Positions 61,628 to 64,000 of a stretch of DNA of 64,000 nt are shown here, one piece after another. The stretch comes from Candidatus Wolfebacteria bacterium RIFOXYD12_FULL_48_21. Lineage in GTDB: Bacteria > Patescibacteriota > Minisyncoccia > UBA6257 > UBA9933. The stretch spans positions 129,630-193,629 of the forward strand of contig MGIW01000003.1 of the NCBI GenBank assembly GCA_001793945.1, written 5' to 3'. The notes below the pieces were generated by a model. That model did not search any database. It was given only the letters and a program-made list of their open reading frames with translations, and was not told where the DNA came from. Numbering within the stretch: the first letter of the stretch is position 1; each line of letters opens with the position of its first letter. The translations under genes were made by a program, and so were the position numbers.

Positions 61628-62272
61628 ATGAAGATGTATACCGGTAAACAGCGTGCGACTCGATTTTTGGCAGTGGTTATATTCGCCTTCGTTTATAGCG
61701 GGGCCGGCTATTTTTATGTGTTGTACTGCAAAGATTCTCCTATGCCATTTATGATGTTGGCGGTCATCCTTTTTGTTCCGCTGTGGAAATGGGCGACCGG
61801 GTTCACGGCGCTCAAGGATGCGTTTCTGGTGAATAAAAATAACAGGGTGCTTTCCTATCACGAGGACAATCTTTTTATTCGCACGAGTATGTTGAAAAAG
61901 ACCGGCATGCGTGTCGTGCGCAGTGATCTGCAAGATGTCGTCATTGATGGAACCTTTAGGGTGTTGGTGGGTGGCGAAGGGAAATTCGTACAGATCGAAA
62001 CGGCCGTATGGGCCAGTGTCGATATGTTCCGACTGCAGCAGTACCTCGACACCTTTTTCCCGCGTAATTACCAATCGTATTCTCCGGAGGCTCGATTAAA
62101 GGAATTGGTTGAAAAGTTTTTTGAAGAGCAAAATCGACAGCCGTACGAAGAGGGCGATGCCGTTTCGGTTGCGAATGTCGTCGGCAAAAAACTTGCCGAG
62201 CATCTTAAGGAGCAGCTGCCGCTAATAGGTCTCCGCGCGCATCTGATTTCTGGCATGATAATGGAGGAATGA
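61628..62272 (+). CDS. Membrane protein with 2 TM helices and a bPH-like domain, paralogue 2 of 3
   Basis: AFLVNKNNRVLSYHEDNLFIRTSMLKKTGMRVVRSDLQDVVIDGTFRVLVGGEGKFVQIET. It has its own terminator at 62294-62321. Confidence 0.35.
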   Translation: MKMYTGKQRATRFLAVVIFAFVYSGAGYFYVLYCKDSPMPFMMLAVILFVPLWKWATGFTALKDAFLVNKNNRVLSYHEDNLFIRTSMLKKTGMRVVRSDLQDVVIDGTFRVLVGGEGKFVQIETAVWASVDMFRLQQYLDTFFPRNYQSYSPEARLKELVEKFFEEQNRQPYEEGDAVSVANVVGKKLAEHLKEQLPLIGLRAHLISGMIMEE

Positions 62273-62416
62273 GCAACGAAATCTATCGCGGTGCAAAACC
62301 CCGCTTCGGCGGGGTTTTTTACGACATAATTATTTTGACATTTCTGCCCGGGTGGGATATAAGAAAAGTAGAACTTAGTTAACGGTTTTATAACCTTTAT
62401 AGGGAGGAGCAGTGAC

Positions 62417-63067
62417 ATGCGGACATATACGAAGAAAAATGTCTCACGGCGCATCAAAGTATGGGTGATAATTTTTTCCATCGGATTGGTGATTGGCATG
62501 GAGCGGCTTTTTATCACGGCTAACAACCACATTGTTTTGGGGCAGACCTCTTTTCCCCCTTTTTTTAGGGTGATAGCTTTGGTCGTGGTGTTTTCTGCTT
62601 GGGCTTACTGCACCCTACGGTATGCCGGCAGTTTCAAAAGCCTCAAGCGGGTGTGCTTTCTATCCGAGAAGAACATTGTTGATTTTTATATGACCGACGA
62701 TTTGTATGCGCTTGATGCAGATCTGCGCAAGGTGAGCCATATGTTCATCAACCCCGAGAAGCACAGAATTGAACGCTCAATAATGTTTCCATCTCGGGGG
62801 GAAATTGTTCGGTGCGTTATTACGCTCGAGGTTTTGCCCGATGTCGCCAGTCTGCAGAAATATGTCGATGCGCATTATGGCGGTACGGAATCCGTCAATC
62901 GCACCGCTGTTCGAGACATCCTTACGAGGGCGCTTAAGGATGTTGCGCTCGACCCTGCAATATTGGTTTCTATCAAGAGAAGGATACGACTAGACCTCGC
63001 CAATTATGGGCTCGTGGCAACCCGGTGCGATTGCGTAAGCAGTAATCACCGCTGGTTCCTTGGGTAG
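62417..63067 (+). CDS. Membrane protein with 2 TM helices and a bPH-like domain, paralogue 3 of 3 (most divergent)
   Basis: Same length and architecture; the family motif has decayed (…FLSEKNIVDFYMTDDLYALDADLRKV…SLQKYVDAHY). Terminator at 63088-63117. Confidence 0.3.
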   Translation: MRTYTKKNVSRRIKVWVIIFSIGLVIGMERLFITANNHIVLGQTSFPPFFRVIALVVVFSAWAYCTLRYAGSFKSLKRVCFLSEKNIVDFYMTDDLYALDADLRKVSHMFINPEKHRIERSIMFPSRGEIVRCVITLEVLPDVASLQKYVDAHYGGTESVNRTAVRDILTRALKDVALDPAILVSIKRRIRLDLANYGLVATRCDCVSSNHRWFLG

Positions 63068-63113
63068 AAAAATCGGTAAAGGATATACAAAGCCCCGCTT
63101 CGGCGGGGCTTTT

Positions 63114-64000
<887 letters not shown>

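Overview
This 64-kb window is a bacterial chromosomal segment containing the replication origin. dnaA-dnaN (minus strand) are divergent from rpmH-rnpA, and DnaA-box clusters (TGTGGATAA / TTATCCACA) flank dnaA. Many core housekeeping genes are present: the rpsL-rpsG-fusA str operon, rplM-rpsI, rplS, rpsA, gyrA, dnaE, thrS, a class-A PBP, a RelA/SpoT homologue, tsaE, a 3'-partial ligA, and tRNA-Leu(GAG), tRNA-Leu(TAG) and tRNA-Val(TAC). Accessory genes include a giant (~2080 aa) RCC1-repeat/FN3-repeat surface protein and two substrate-binding proteins. ComEC is split into two ORFs. A Xer tyrosine recombinase sits next to a cluster of five perfect consensus parS sites. Also present are a free-standing LAGLIDADG homing endonuclease, an IS200/RAYT-like Y1 transposase with its own 29-bp palindromes, a PaaX-like regulator cassette bracketed by identical 40-bp palindromes, and three tandem paralogue arrays of small proteins. 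The dominant non-genic feature is very heavy colonisation of almost every intergenic region by composite palindromic MITE/REP-like hairpin elements plus purine-rich low-complexity tracts. One such element is inserted in-frame inside tsaE, another interrupts the RAYT gene, and one separates the two ComEC halves. No rRNA and no CRISPR array are seen. All calls come from reading the sequence and the ORF translations, with no database search, so product names are family-level inferences.
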